Positions 56,096-64,000 of a stretch of 64,000 nucleotides of DNA are shown one piece after another. Origin of the DNA: an uncultured Acidobacteriaceae bacterium (GTDB lineage: Bacteria; Acidobacteriota; Terriglobia; Terriglobales; Acidobacteriaceae); NCBI GenBank assembly GCA_963752175.1, contig CAVVXZ010000024.1, positions 58,801 through 122,800 of the forward strand. The letters are read 5' to 3'. The notes beneath the pieces were generated by a model. That model had not been told where the DNA came from. It worked only from the letters and a program-made list of their open reading frames with translations, and ran no database searches. The translations under genes and the position numbers were made by a program. Each line of letters starts with the position of its first letter. The first letter of the stretch is position 1.

Positions 56096-57691
56096 ATGCA
56101 AACCAAACATCTTTTGTTGACGGCTTCCTTTTTTGTTTCTAGTGTCCTCGCATTCGGGGATGATTCCTGCGCGAAGCTCGCTGCGCTGAAAATTCCGGAT
56201 GCGACCATCACGCTCGCGCAGACTGTCGCGGCGGGAACGTTTGCCGGTCCTCCGGCCCCATTCAGTGGGATGGATGTATCCGCGTTCTACAAGAGCTTGC
56301 CTGCGTTTTGCCGCGTGGTAGCGGAAGCGAAGCCGACATCGGATTCCGACATCAAGCTCGAAGTGTGGTTGCCGGCGACGGGCTGGAATGGCAAGTTGCA
56401 AGGCCTTGGTAACGGGGGATTCGCGGGACAGATCGATTACCCGCAACTTGGGTTCGCCATGAGCAAGGGGTACGCAGCCACTGCAACCGACACCGGACAT
56501 ACAGGATCGCCCGTCGATGCGGCCTGGGCGATGGGGCATCCAGAGAAAGTCGTGGACTTCGGACATCGCGGAATCCACGAGATGACGCGCGTCGCCAAGG
56601 ATGTGGTGCACGCGTTCTATGGAAAGACTGCACAGCACTCGTACTTTGCGGGATGTTCCGACGGCGGACGTGAAGCGCTGATGGAAGCGCAGCGCTATCC
56701 CGCGGACTACGACGGAATTCTGGCGGGGGCTCCGGCCAACTACTGGACCGCGCTGCTATCGACAGCGGCGGCGGATACGCAAGCGCTGACGGTTGATCCC
56801 GCCAGTTTTATTCCGCAGGCGAAGATTCCGACGATCGCGGCAGCGGTGAATGCGGCTTGCGATGAACTCGACGGCGTGCGCGATGGGATTCTCAACGATC
56901 CCACGCAGTGTCGCTTCGATCCGGCGACAATTCAGTGCAAGGCGGGCGAGGACAACGACAAGTGCCTGACCGAGGCGCAGGCCGTTGCGCTGAAGAAGGT
57001 CTACGCGGGTCTGCATGATTCGCATGGACGTGAGATCTTTCCCGGCTTCTTGCCTGGCGCGGAGTCTGGGCAGGGCGGATGGGGCATCTGGATCACCGGT
57101 CCGGCTCCTGCCAAGAGCCTGATGGCATTCTTTGGCATCGGGTACTTTTCGAATATGGTGTACGAAAAGTCCGACTGGGATTACAAGACATTCGCGACCG
57201 ACGCCGGCTTGAAATTAGCCGAGGAAAAAACCGCGAGCGCGCTGAACGCGACCGACGCGGATCTGAAGGCGTTCAAGGCCAGGGGCGGGAAACTGATTCT
57301 GTATCACGGGTGGGACGATCCGGCGATCTCGGCGCTCAACACGGTCCACTATTACGACAGGGTTCTCGCGAAGACGGGAGTGAAGGATGCAGATTCATTC
57401 GTGCGGCTGTATATGGTGCCGGGTATGCAGCACTGCGGCAATGGTCCGGGCACAGACTCGTTCGGACAAGTGGGCCATCTGACGTTCGACGATCCTACGC
57501 ACAGTGTGGATGCCGCGCTGGAGCAGTGGGTGGAGAAGGGCGTGGCTCCGGCGACGATCATCGCTTCGAAATATGCGGGCGAGGACAAGGAGCACGCGAA
57601 GATGACGCGGCCGCTGTGTACGTATCCTCTGTCTGCAAGATACAAGGGTGGCGACACGAATGATGCGGCGAACTTTGTGTGCGCGAAATAA
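56096..57691 (+). CDS. secreted tannase/feruloyl-esterase family alpha/beta hydrolase
   Basis: Signal peptide. GCSDGGREALM (GCSxGGR nucleophile motif), PGMQHCGNG and a Cys-rich lid. Confidence 0.8.
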   Translation: MQTKHLLLTASFFVSSVLAFGDDSCAKLAALKIPDATITLAQTVAAGTFAGPPAPFSGMDVSAFYKSLPAFCRVVAEAKPTSDSDIKLEVWLPATGWNGKLQGLGNGGFAGQIDYPQLGFAMSKGYAATATDTGHTGSPVDAAWAMGHPEKVVDFGHRGIHEMTRVAKDVVHAFYGKTAQHSYFAGCSDGGREALMEAQRYPADYDGILAGAPANYWTALLSTAAADTQALTVDPASFIPQAKIPTIAAAVNAACDELDGVRDGILNDPTQCRFDPATIQCKAGEDNDKCLTEAQAVALKKVYAGLHDSHGREIFPGFLPGAESGQGGWGIWITGPAPAKSLMAFFGIGYFSNMVYEKSDWDYKTFATDAGLKLAEEKTASALNATDADLKAFKARGGKLILYHGWDDPAISALNTVHYYDRVLAKTGVKDADSFVRLYMVPGMQHCGNGPGTDSFGQVGHLTFDDPTHSVDAALEQWVEKGVAPATIIASKYAGEDKEHAKMTRPLCTYPLSARYKGGDTNDAANFVCAK

Positions 57692-57698
57692 AGGCGCT

Positions 57699-57733
57699 AA
57701 CCACGAAGGACACTAAGGATCACGAAGGAAAAC
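57699..57733. repeat. family A element, single arm
   Basis: AACCACGAAGGACACTAAGGATCACGAAGGAAAAC, between convergent genes. Confidence 0.75.
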
Positions 57734-57740
57734 AACTTCG

Positions 57741-58931
57741 CTAACGACTGTACTGATTCTTCTTTTTGTCTTCGTGGCGTTCGATGCCAAGTTGAATCAG
57801 GCGGTCGATCAGGTCAGCATAGGCCAGTCCAGACGCGGCCCACAGCTTGGGATACATGCTGATGGCGGTGAATCCGGGCATGGTATTGATCTCGTTCAGA
57901 AAGATCTTTCCGGTCTTCGGATCCATCAGGAAATCCACGCGGGCGAGGCCAGAACAGTCCACTGCTTGAAATGCCTTGACCGCGAGTTCCTGAACCCTTT
58001 TTGTTTCCGCCTTGGTGAGTTTGGCGGGGATGATAAGTTGCGATCCTTCGTCGACGTACTTCGCAGTGTAGTCGTAAAACTCTTTGCCGGGAACGATCTC
58101 TCCGGGAACAGATGCGACGGGCTCGTCGTTGCCCAGCACCGAGCACTCGATCTCACGGGCTTTTTCTTTCTTTCCGCCAACGCCTTGTTCGATGACGATC
58201 TTGCGATCGAACTTCGCCGCTTCTTCAATCGCGGGGCCGAGTTCCCTTCGGTTGTGCGCTTTGCTAATGCCTACCGACGATCCAAGGTTTGCAGGTTTCA
58301 CGAAGACCGGGTAGGTCAGTTTGCTCTCTACCAACTTCTGAACCTTCTTCGGATCTTTTTCCCAGGCGCCACGAAGGATGGTGACGTGCTTCACAATGGG
58401 GATGCCGGCGGCGATGAACAATGACTTCATGATGTCCTTGTCCATACCAGCGGCCGAGCCCAGGACGCCAGCGCCAACATAGGGAATGTCGGCGAGTTCG
58501 AGTAGGCCTTGGATTGTGCCGTCCTCGCCGAAGGTGCCGTGGAGCACGGGGAAAATCACATCCACGTTGACGGCACGATCGCTGGCGCGGCGCATCAATC
58601 CGGCGTCGGTTTGAAATGGTACCAATCCGCTGTGCCGATGAACGGGCTCGGGCGGAACGACGACAGCTTCGCCGCGCGCGAGCACGGCGGCCGGGGAAGT
58701 GGTTTCGGGATCGCCGGCGCGAAGGTTGCGCGGCTCGAGCACGAGCTTGCCGGTCAACAGACTTTCGGCGTGCTCTGCCGTGAGCCAGCGGCCGTCTTTG
58801 GTGATGCCTATGGGGACGACTTCGTACCTCTCTTTATCGATTGCGTTGAGGACCGATGCGGCCGAGAGCAGTGAAACTTCGTGCTCCCCGCTGCGCCCGC
58901 CGAATAAGATGCCGACTCGAAGCTTTTCCAT
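57741..58931 (-). CDS. ddl: D-alanine--D-alanine ligase
   Basis: [24 protein letters not shown]..., ATP-grasp motifs and a C-terminal [11 protein letters not shown]. Confidence 0.9.
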   Translation of the reverse strand: MEKLRVGILFGGRSGEHEVSLLSAASVLNAIDKERYEVVPIGITKDGRWLTAEHAESLLTGKLVLEPRNLRAGDPETTSPAAVLARGEAVVVPPEPVHRHSGLVPFQTDAGLMRRASDRAVNVDVIFPVLHGTFGEDGTIQGLLELADIPYVGAGVLGSAAGMDKDIMKSLFIAAGIPIVKHVTILRGAWEKDPKKVQKLVESKLTYPVFVKPANLGSSVGISKAHNRRELGPAIEEAAKFDRKIVIEQGVGGKKEKAREIECSVLGNDEPVASVPGEIVPGKEFYDYTAKYVDEGSQLIIPAKLTKAETKRVQELAVKAFQAVDCSGLARVDFLMDPKTGKIFLNEINTMPGFTAISMYPKLWAASGLAYADLIDRLIQLGIERHEDKKKNQYSR

Positions 58932-58996
58932 GACCTTCCAGTGTGGACGCGAGTTGAGTCGCGCGTCAATCGCAGGGTTGCTACGAGCGATACATC

Positions 58997-59076
58997 AGCC
59001 ACGGATCAACACGGATTTGCCAGGGTATTTCCATTTTCTTTTCTTGATCCGCTTAAATCCGCGAAAATCCGTGGCT
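58997..59076. repeat. long imperfect hairpin built from ATCCGTG/ATCCGC sub-repeats
   Basis: AGCCACGGATCAACACGGATTT ... GATCCGCTTAAATCCGCGAAAATCCGTGGCT. The outer 10 nt are perfectly complementary. The right end overlaps the arginase stop codon (59075-59077). Confidence 0.6.
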
Positions 59077-60022
59077 ACAAAATCTTCTTCCCGAACGCCG
59101 AGAGCGCCAGTTCTACGGCAAGATCGGCAGTGCGGTTGTGCTCGTCGATTACGGGATTGACCTCGACGATTTCGAAGCTCAGCATGCGGCCGTGGTCTGC
59201 GATGATTTCCATGGCGAGGTGCGCCTCCCGATACGTTGCCCCGCCGCGCACGGGAGTGCCGACGCCGGGCGCGTCTTCGGGATCAACCCAGTCCATGTCG
59301 AGTGAGATGTGGTAGCCGGCGGTACCGCGTGCGGCAATGCGCAGGGCTTCTTCCATCACCGTGCGCATGCCGCGCTCGTCGATGTCCCGCATGGTAAAGA
59401 CGCCGATGCCGGCGCGGACCACGTTTTCTTTTTCCACGGCGTCGATGTCTCGCACGCCCACCAGCACGCAGTTCTGCGGCTTCACTTTGGGAGAGAAGTC
59501 GAAAATGTTTCCCAGTTCCGAGGGCCACAGTCCCATAATCGCGGCGAGCGGCATGCCGTGAACGTTGCCGCTGGGCGAGGAGTCAGGCGTATTGATGTCG
59601 GTGTGGGCGTCGATCCAGATAAGGCCGACGTGCTGGTTCTGACGGCGGTAGTATTCGGCCACACCTGAGACCGTTCCGGCGGCCATTGAATGATCTCCGC
59701 CGAGAGCGAGGGGGACTTTGCCCGCTTCGAGCGTCTTGATCACAAGCTCGGCATGTTTGGTGCAGGTGGCGGTGATCTCCTTCAAATATTTTGCGTGGGT
59801 GTCACCTTCTTTTTTCTGCTCGGGGATGGCGACGGGGACGTTGCCGCCGTCTTCCACCTCGTGGCCTAGAGCTTCGAGGCGGGCTTCGAGGCCGGCCACG
59901 CGAACGGCGGATGGTCCCATGTCGACGCCACGGCGGGACTGACCGAGGTCAAGGGGAACACCGATGACGCGGATTTTTCGGGGAGTGATGTTGGAGGAAC
60001 TTGCAGTTGTCGTCATAGTCAA
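59075..60022 (-). CDS. rocF: arginase
   Basis: Ureohydrolase motifs [18 protein letters not shown] and [10 protein letters not shown]. Confidence 0.85.
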   Translation of the reverse strand: MTMTTTASSSNITPRKIRVIGVPLDLGQSRRGVDMGPSAVRVAGLEARLEALGHEVEDGGNVPVAIPEQKKEGDTHAKYLKEITATCTKHAELVIKTLEAGKVPLALGGDHSMAAGTVSGVAEYYRRQNQHVGLIWIDAHTDINTPDSSPSGNVHGMPLAAIMGLWPSELGNIFDFSPKVKPQNCVLVGVRDIDAVEKENVVRAGIGVFTMRDIDERGMRTVMEEALRIAARGTAGYHISLDMDWVDPEDAPGVGTPVRGGATYREAHLAMEIIADHGRMLSFEIVEVNPVIDEHNRTADLAVELALSAFGKKIL

Positions 60023-60067
60023 TCAACAGGGATTGAGGAATATGCAATCAAGTGATTCGCAAATCGG

Positions 60068-61393
60068 TTACGGATATAAACGGTATAGCATTCTGGGGAA
60101 CGGGATGGTTTCGCGGACGTGCTCGAGGCCGCAGATCCAGGCTACGACGCGCTCGATGCCCATGCCGAAGCCGCCGTGGGGCACGCTGCCAAACTTGCGC
60201 AGGTCGAGATACCACTTGAACGCTTCTTCCGGCAAGTTATGTTCGTGAATCCTCTGCAGGAGGAGTTCATATGAGGCCATGCGCTGCGAGCCGCCGATGA
60301 TTTCTCCGTAACCTTCGGGGGCAAGCACGTCGACGCAGAGAGCCAGGTCGGGACGCTGCGGGTCGGGCTCCATGTAAAACGCTTTTACTTTCGCCGGGTA
60401 ACGATGCACCATGACTGGCTTGTCGAACTGCGCGGACAAGTAGGTCTCGTCGGGCGAGCCGAGGTCTCCGCCCCACTCGAACTTGGATTCGAGCGCACCC
60501 TTGGCGTGTCCTTCCTGCAGATTCTTGACTGCGTCGTCGTAGCTGATGCGCGGGAATGGGGCCTCAATTTTTTCGAGCTTGGAAATATCGCGACCGATAG
60601 TCTGCAGATCAACACGGCGCTTTTCGAGGCAACGTTTCACAATAAACGTGATGAGGCCCTCGGCGAGTTCCATGACGTCGTCGAGTTCGGCGTAAGCGAC
60701 TTCGGGTTCGACCATCCAGAACTCGGTGAGATGGCGGCGCGTCTTTGATTTTTCGGCGCGAAACGTAGGACCGAACGAATACACCTTTCCCAACGCCATC
60801 GCCGTGGCTTCAACATAGAGTTGGCCAGACTGCGTGAGGAATGCCGGCTCGTCGAAATAGTCGACTGGAAACAGCGTGCTGGTGCCTTCACACGCTGCCG
60901 GAGTGATGATCGGAGGATCGGTCAGTGTGAAGCCACGTTCGTCGAAGAAATCGCGCGCCGCCTTGATGATCTCAGCACGAACGCGCAGGATCGCCGCCTG
61001 CCGCTGCGAGCGTATCCAGAGATGGCGGTGCTCCATGAGGAAGTCGGTGCCGTGCTCCTTGGGAGTAATCGGATACGGCGTAGCCTCGGGCACGCGCTGC
61101 ACGACCTGCACGTTAGCGACGTCGAGTTCGTAGCCGCCGTGGGCGCGCTTGTCGGCGCGGATTTTGCCCTCGACGATGACGCTCGACTCCTGCGTCAGCG
61201 TTTTGATGGCGTCGAACACTTCCGGCGGGACGGCGTTCTTGGGCACGACACCTTGAATGATCCCCGAGCCATCACGAAACTGCGGGAACAGCAACTTCCC
61301 GCTCTCGCGCAGGTTGTAGAGCCAGCCGCGGATAGTGACCGACTGGCCCTCATGTTTACCGATTTCGGCGATGGTGGTGACGGGTGAAGACAT
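60068..61393 (-). CDS. asnS: asparagine--tRNA ligase
   Basis: ORF 60068-61408 starts at a TTG; the ATG at 61393 ([11 protein letters not shown]) is more likely. Class II motifs [21 protein letters not shown] and GGFGMGIER. Confidence 0.9.
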   Translation of the reverse strand: MSSPVTTIAEIGKHEGQSVTIRGWLYNLRESGKLLFPQFRDGSGIIQGVVPKNAVPPEVFDAIKTLTQESSVIVEGKIRADKRAHGGYELDVANVQVVQRVPEATPYPITPKEHGTDFLMEHRHLWIRSQRQAAILRVRAEIIKAARDFFDERGFTLTDPPIITPAACEGTSTLFPVDYFDEPAFLTQSGQLYVEATAMALGKVYSFGPTFRAEKSKTRRHLTEFWMVEPEVAYAELDDVMELAEGLITFIVKRCLEKRRVDLQTIGRDISKLEKIEAPFPRISYDDAVKNLQEGHAKGALESKFEWGGDLGSPDETYLSAQFDKPVMVHRYPAKVKAFYMEPDPQRPDLALCVDVLAPEGYGEIIGGSQRMASYELLLQRIHEHNLPEEAFKWYLDLRKFGSVPHGGFGMGIERVVAWICGLEHVRETIPFPRMLYRLYP

Positions 61394-61400
61394 AATTTCA

Positions 61401-61486
61401 GGTTTCAAAGTTTCAGAGTTTTAGGGTTTCAAGGTCCGCGCGTGGCGAGTTTCCTTGAAACTTTGAAACTATGAAACCTTGAAACC
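61401..61486. repeat. 34-nt-armed palindrome made of GTTTCAA(A/G)-type heptamers
   Basis: Left arm GGTTTCAAAGTTTCAGAGTTTTAGGGTTTCAAGG. The right arm CCTTGAAACTTTGAAACTATGAAACCTTGAAACC has reverse complement GGTTTCAAGGTTTCATAGTTTCAAAGTTTCAAGG. The palindrome fills the spacer between stop 61486 and the asnS start. Confidence 0.8.
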
Positions 61487-62307
61487 TAGGCTCCTTCCAG
61501 CTTGTCGAATGTTCCGCCCAGCTTTTCCAGCGCATTCACCTTCTCATCTTCCCCGAGTTCCAGCAGCAGAGGCGGGGTTTGGGGAGCGGAACGCAGGAGG
61601 TCCATTGCTTGCTTCCAGTCGATGGTTCCCTGCCCTGGCCACAGGTGAGAATCCTTCATCTTGTCGTTGTCGTGCACGTGGGTGGAGCAAATGTGAGTCC
61701 GCAGAATCTCAAAGCCCTCGCTGACGGAACTCATCATGTGGGCGTGGCCGAAATCGAAGCAAACGCCCACGTCGTCAAAGTGCGCGCTGCGGATCATTTC
61801 TACCAGCCGGTCGGGCGTCGAAAGTTCGTTCGGAATATTCTCCAGCAGAATGCGGACTCCCAGCGGCTTGGCAAAGGCGCGCAGGTGTTCGATGGAGGTC
61901 ATGGCCGCCTCGAACTTCTTGTCGCTGAAATCTTCGTTGGGTGCGCCCAGATGCTGCACCAGGAAGCGGAATGGAATCTGCTCGGCAATTTCGAGAGCGC
62001 GCTTGATCTCGTCCATGGCCTCGATGCGACCTGCGCGGTCGGTGGAGGCAATGTTCACCGGCGGCGCTCCTGCTCGGCCCCACTCGTAGTCGGCGTAGAG
62101 AGGCGAGTGCACGGAGTTCAGGGGAATCCCGCTGCCGCGGAACCAGTCGGCGATTTCCTTAACGTGCGCTTTGCGGTTGGCATAATCCAGGTGCTGGCGC
62201 GCCGCGAAAATCTCGACCGTCTGTATGCCGCTGCGGCTCAGCCCATCCAGAATGCCCGGATGCAGCCGCTCTTTCACGAATAGATACGTGGAAACCGCTC
62301 TTAGCAT
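61486..62307 (-). CDS. sugar phosphate isomerase/epimerase (xylose-isomerase-like TIM barrel)
   Basis: 273 aa with the typical LLENIP, FDFGHAHM and THVHDN metal-ligand contexts. Confidence 0.75.
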   Translation of the reverse strand: MLRAVSTYLFVKERLHPGILDGLSRSGIQTVEIFAARQHLDYANRKAHVKEIADWFRGSGIPLNSVHSPLYADYEWGRAGAPPVNIASTDRAGRIEAMDEIKRALEIAEQIPFRFLVQHLGAPNEDFSDKKFEAAMTSIEHLRAFAKPLGVRILLENIPNELSTPDRLVEMIRSAHFDDVGVCFDFGHAHMMSSVSEGFEILRTHICSTHVHDNDKMKDSHLWPGQGTIDWKQAMDLLRSAPQTPPLLLELGEDEKVNALEKLGGTFDKLEGA

Positions 62308-64000
62308 CAGTAGCCTAGTGCCTTTCCGGGGCCTCGACCGTCACTGGCGCCCAACCGGTCGCCGGTTTTGGCGTCGACGGCGATGCACTCCGCGTCGCTC
62401 CAGTAGAAGTCCACATCCCCGCCATAGTGCAGCCCAACCTCAATGTTGTAACCCATGTGACGGAGCAGGCCCAACGTATCGGGTGAGAACCAAGGTTCCA
62501 CACTCAGCACGTCGGGCATCCACTGATTATGAAAACGGGGCGCGTTCACCGCTTCCTGAATGTTCATGCCGTAGTCCACCACACCCATTAGAACATTGGC
62601 GACGGTGGTAATGATCTTGGAACTGCCCGGCGAACCCAGCACCATCACGGTCTTGCCATCGTGGACCACAATCGTTGGAGTCATTGACGAGAGCGGACGC
62701 TTGCCGGGCCCAATGGCGTTCACATCACTCTGAAGCAATCCATCGGAATTGGGCACTCCGGGTTTGGCCGAGAAATCATCCATCTCGTCGTTCATCAGGA
62801 AGCCGAGGCCGTCGGCGGTGACGCGCGATCCGAACCAGTCGTTGATAGTCGTGGTCACGGCGACGGCGTTGCCGTCGGCGTCCATCACGGAGTAATGCGT
62901 CGTGTGGTTGGACTCGGGCGGCGCCATCGGCGGATGTATGGCCGCATACTGTTCGAGCTCGTTGAACACAGCCGGGCGCTTTAGTTCTTTGCTGGGACTC
63001 GCATGCGCCGGATCAATCGTGTCTTCCCAGGCCGCAGCATATCGTTTGTCAATCAGCTGCGCCACTGGGATCTTGGCGAAATCGGGATCGCCCAGAAACT
63101 CGGCGCGATCGAAGAAGGCGCGCCGGAACGCCTCCGTGGTGTAGTGGATCGACTGGGCCGACCGGTCGCCCATCTTGGCGAGGTCGTAGCCTTCCAGAAT
63201 ATTCAGAGATTCAATGAGCACGGTTCCACCTGAGGACGGCGGGGGAGCGCTGATCACCTCGTATCCCCGGTAAGTTCCGCGCACTGGCTCGCGCTCTTTG
63301 ACTTCGTAGCGGGCGAGATCGTCCGCGGTAATGAGGCCTCCACCCTTTTGCATGGCGGCAGCTAGATCCCGGGCGAGGGAGCCGTGATAGAAGTCGTCGG
63401 GCTTCTCGGAAATTCGTTCCAGCGTACGGACCAGGTCGGGCTGGCGGAAAATTTCTCCCGGCTTGTAGTAGTCGCCATTGCGCTGAAATACGCGGCGCGA
63501 TTCGGGAAACTCGGCGAGGTGTTTGTCCGTCTGGAAGTCGTGCGCCTCTCCCCAAGTCAGCGCGTAGCCCTCGCGCGCGAGCTTGATGGCTGGGGCCATG
63601 ACTTGCTTGAGCGTCAGCTTCCCGTATTTTTGCTCGGCATAAACCAGGCCGGCCACCGATCCGGGCACGCCGATCGACTTGTAGCCGATCTCGCTGGCGT
63701 TCTTGATCACGTTGCCCTGCGGGTCGAGAAACATGTCGCGAGTCGCCGCCGCTGGAGCCTTCTCGCGGTAGTCGAGGAAGTGCGTCTTGCCGTCGGCCAT
63801 ACGAATCAGCATGAATCCCCCGCCACCAATGTTTCCGGCCGGAGGGTGCACCACAGCCAGCGCGAACCCGGTGGCCACCGCCGCATCGATGGCATTGCCG
63901 CCTGCCTGCATGATGTCGACGCCGACCTGGGACGCCAGTTCGTGCACGCTGACCACGATTGCGTGCTGAGCATGAACCGGATGTACGGAAGCTTGAGCCG
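62307..64000 (-). CDS. ggt: gamma-glutamyltransferase; N-terminus runs off the right window edge
   Basis: ORF 62307-63956 continues open to position 64000 (upstream reads ...AQASVHPVHAQHAIVVSVHELASQ). Autoprocessing/nucleophile context NHTTHYSVMDADGNAV and GSPGSSKII. TGATG overlap with the downstream gene. Confidence 0.9.
   Translation of the reverse strand, partial: AQASVHPVHAQHAIVVSVHELASQVGVDIMQAGGNAIDAAVATGFALAVVHPPAGNIGGGGFMLIRMADGKTHFLDYREKAPAAATRDMFLDPQGNVIKNASEIGYKSIGVPGSVAGLVYAEQKYGKLTLKQVMAPAIKLAREGYALTWGEAHDFQTDKHLAEFPESRRVFQRNGDYYKPGEIFRQPDLVRTLERISEKPDDFYHGSLARDLAAAMQKGGGLITADDLARYEVKEREPVRGTYRGYEVISAPPPSSGGTVLIESLNILEGYDLAKMGDRSAQSIHYTTEAFRRAFFDRAEFLGDPDFAKIPVAQLIDKRYAAAWEDTIDPAHASPSKELKRPAVFNELEQYAAIHPPMAPPESNHTTHYSVMDADGNAVAVTTTINDWFGSRVTADGLGFLMNDEMDDFSAKPGVPNSDGLLQSDVNAIGPGKRPLSSMTPTIVVHDGKTVMVLGSPGSSKIITTVANVLMGVVDYGMNIQEAVNAPRFHNQWMPDVLSVEPWFSPDTLGLLRHMGYNIEVGLHYGGDVDFYWSDAECIAVDAKTGDRLGASDGRGPGKALGY

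Noticed and set aside
23801-61486. Whether the recurring short repeats form a CRISPR array
   Set aside because: The copies are kilobases apart, belong to several unrelated families, are themselves palindromic pairs and have no regular repeat-spacer periodicity. No cas genes are present.
1-64000. tRNA, rRNA, tmRNA, RNase P or SRP RNA genes
   Set aside because: No intergenic gap exceeds about 800 bp. I could not recognise cloverleaf-type or conserved-motif sequences in the gaps by eye. A tRNAscan/Infernal run would be needed to exclude them formally.

Overview
Gene-dense 64-kb chromosomal segment, about 60 % G+C by eye. I count about 59 protein-coding genes on both strands and saw no rRNA, tRNA or CRISPR array. 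The gene content and the many short palindromic intergenic repeats suggest an Acidobacteriota (Terriglobia-like) genome; this is inference from recognition, not a search. Repeat types include GTCATCCTGAGCGAAGCGAAGGATC, tandem CACGAAGGA, GTTTCAAGG and RAYT-associated REP hairpins. Most of the window is housekeeping or scavenging metabolism:
- Amino-acid and lipid genes: trpE (partial), an aroD-aroE fusion, gdhA, pgsA, yceD-rpmF-plsX-fabD, ddl, arginase, asnS and ggt (partial).
- Secreted hydrolases: GH79, GH5, two M28 peptidases, an S10 carboxypeptidase, a tannase-like esterase, an amidohydrolase and a polysaccharide deacetylase.
- Redox, transport and regulation: two paralogous Tat-exported IorAB-type molybdenum hydroxylase pairs, an L-lactate permease, a tetR-hlyD-ABC-ABC2 efflux operon, a second ABC pair, a response-regulator/histidine-kinase pair and a vapBC module.

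Loci most worth a second look:
1. A clear SAM-I riboswitch plus terminator (minus strand, about 50795-50986) lies upstream of a ThrC-like PLP enzyme. That enzyme is translationally coupled to a MoaD/ThiS-like carrier. I predict a SAM-repressed, protein-thiocarboxylate-dependent homocysteine route.
2. A 460-bp cassette bounded by inverted repeats carries an Avd/23S-IVS-type four-helix-bundle gene and sits inside the efflux operon.
3. An orphan GvpL/GvpF homologue has no other gvp genes nearby.
4. A secreted Lys/Ser/Ala/Thr-rich disordered protein with 111-nt tandem repeats is paired with a ComEA-like helix-hairpin-helix (HhH) protein.
5. A decayed RAYT transposase is bracketed by inverted REP hairpins.
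6. Three reading frames are disrupted: a frameshift at about 3638, a TAA at 34688, and a TAG plus frameshift at 51555-51589.

All coordinates and motifs come from reading the sequence and the ORF track. No database search was run.
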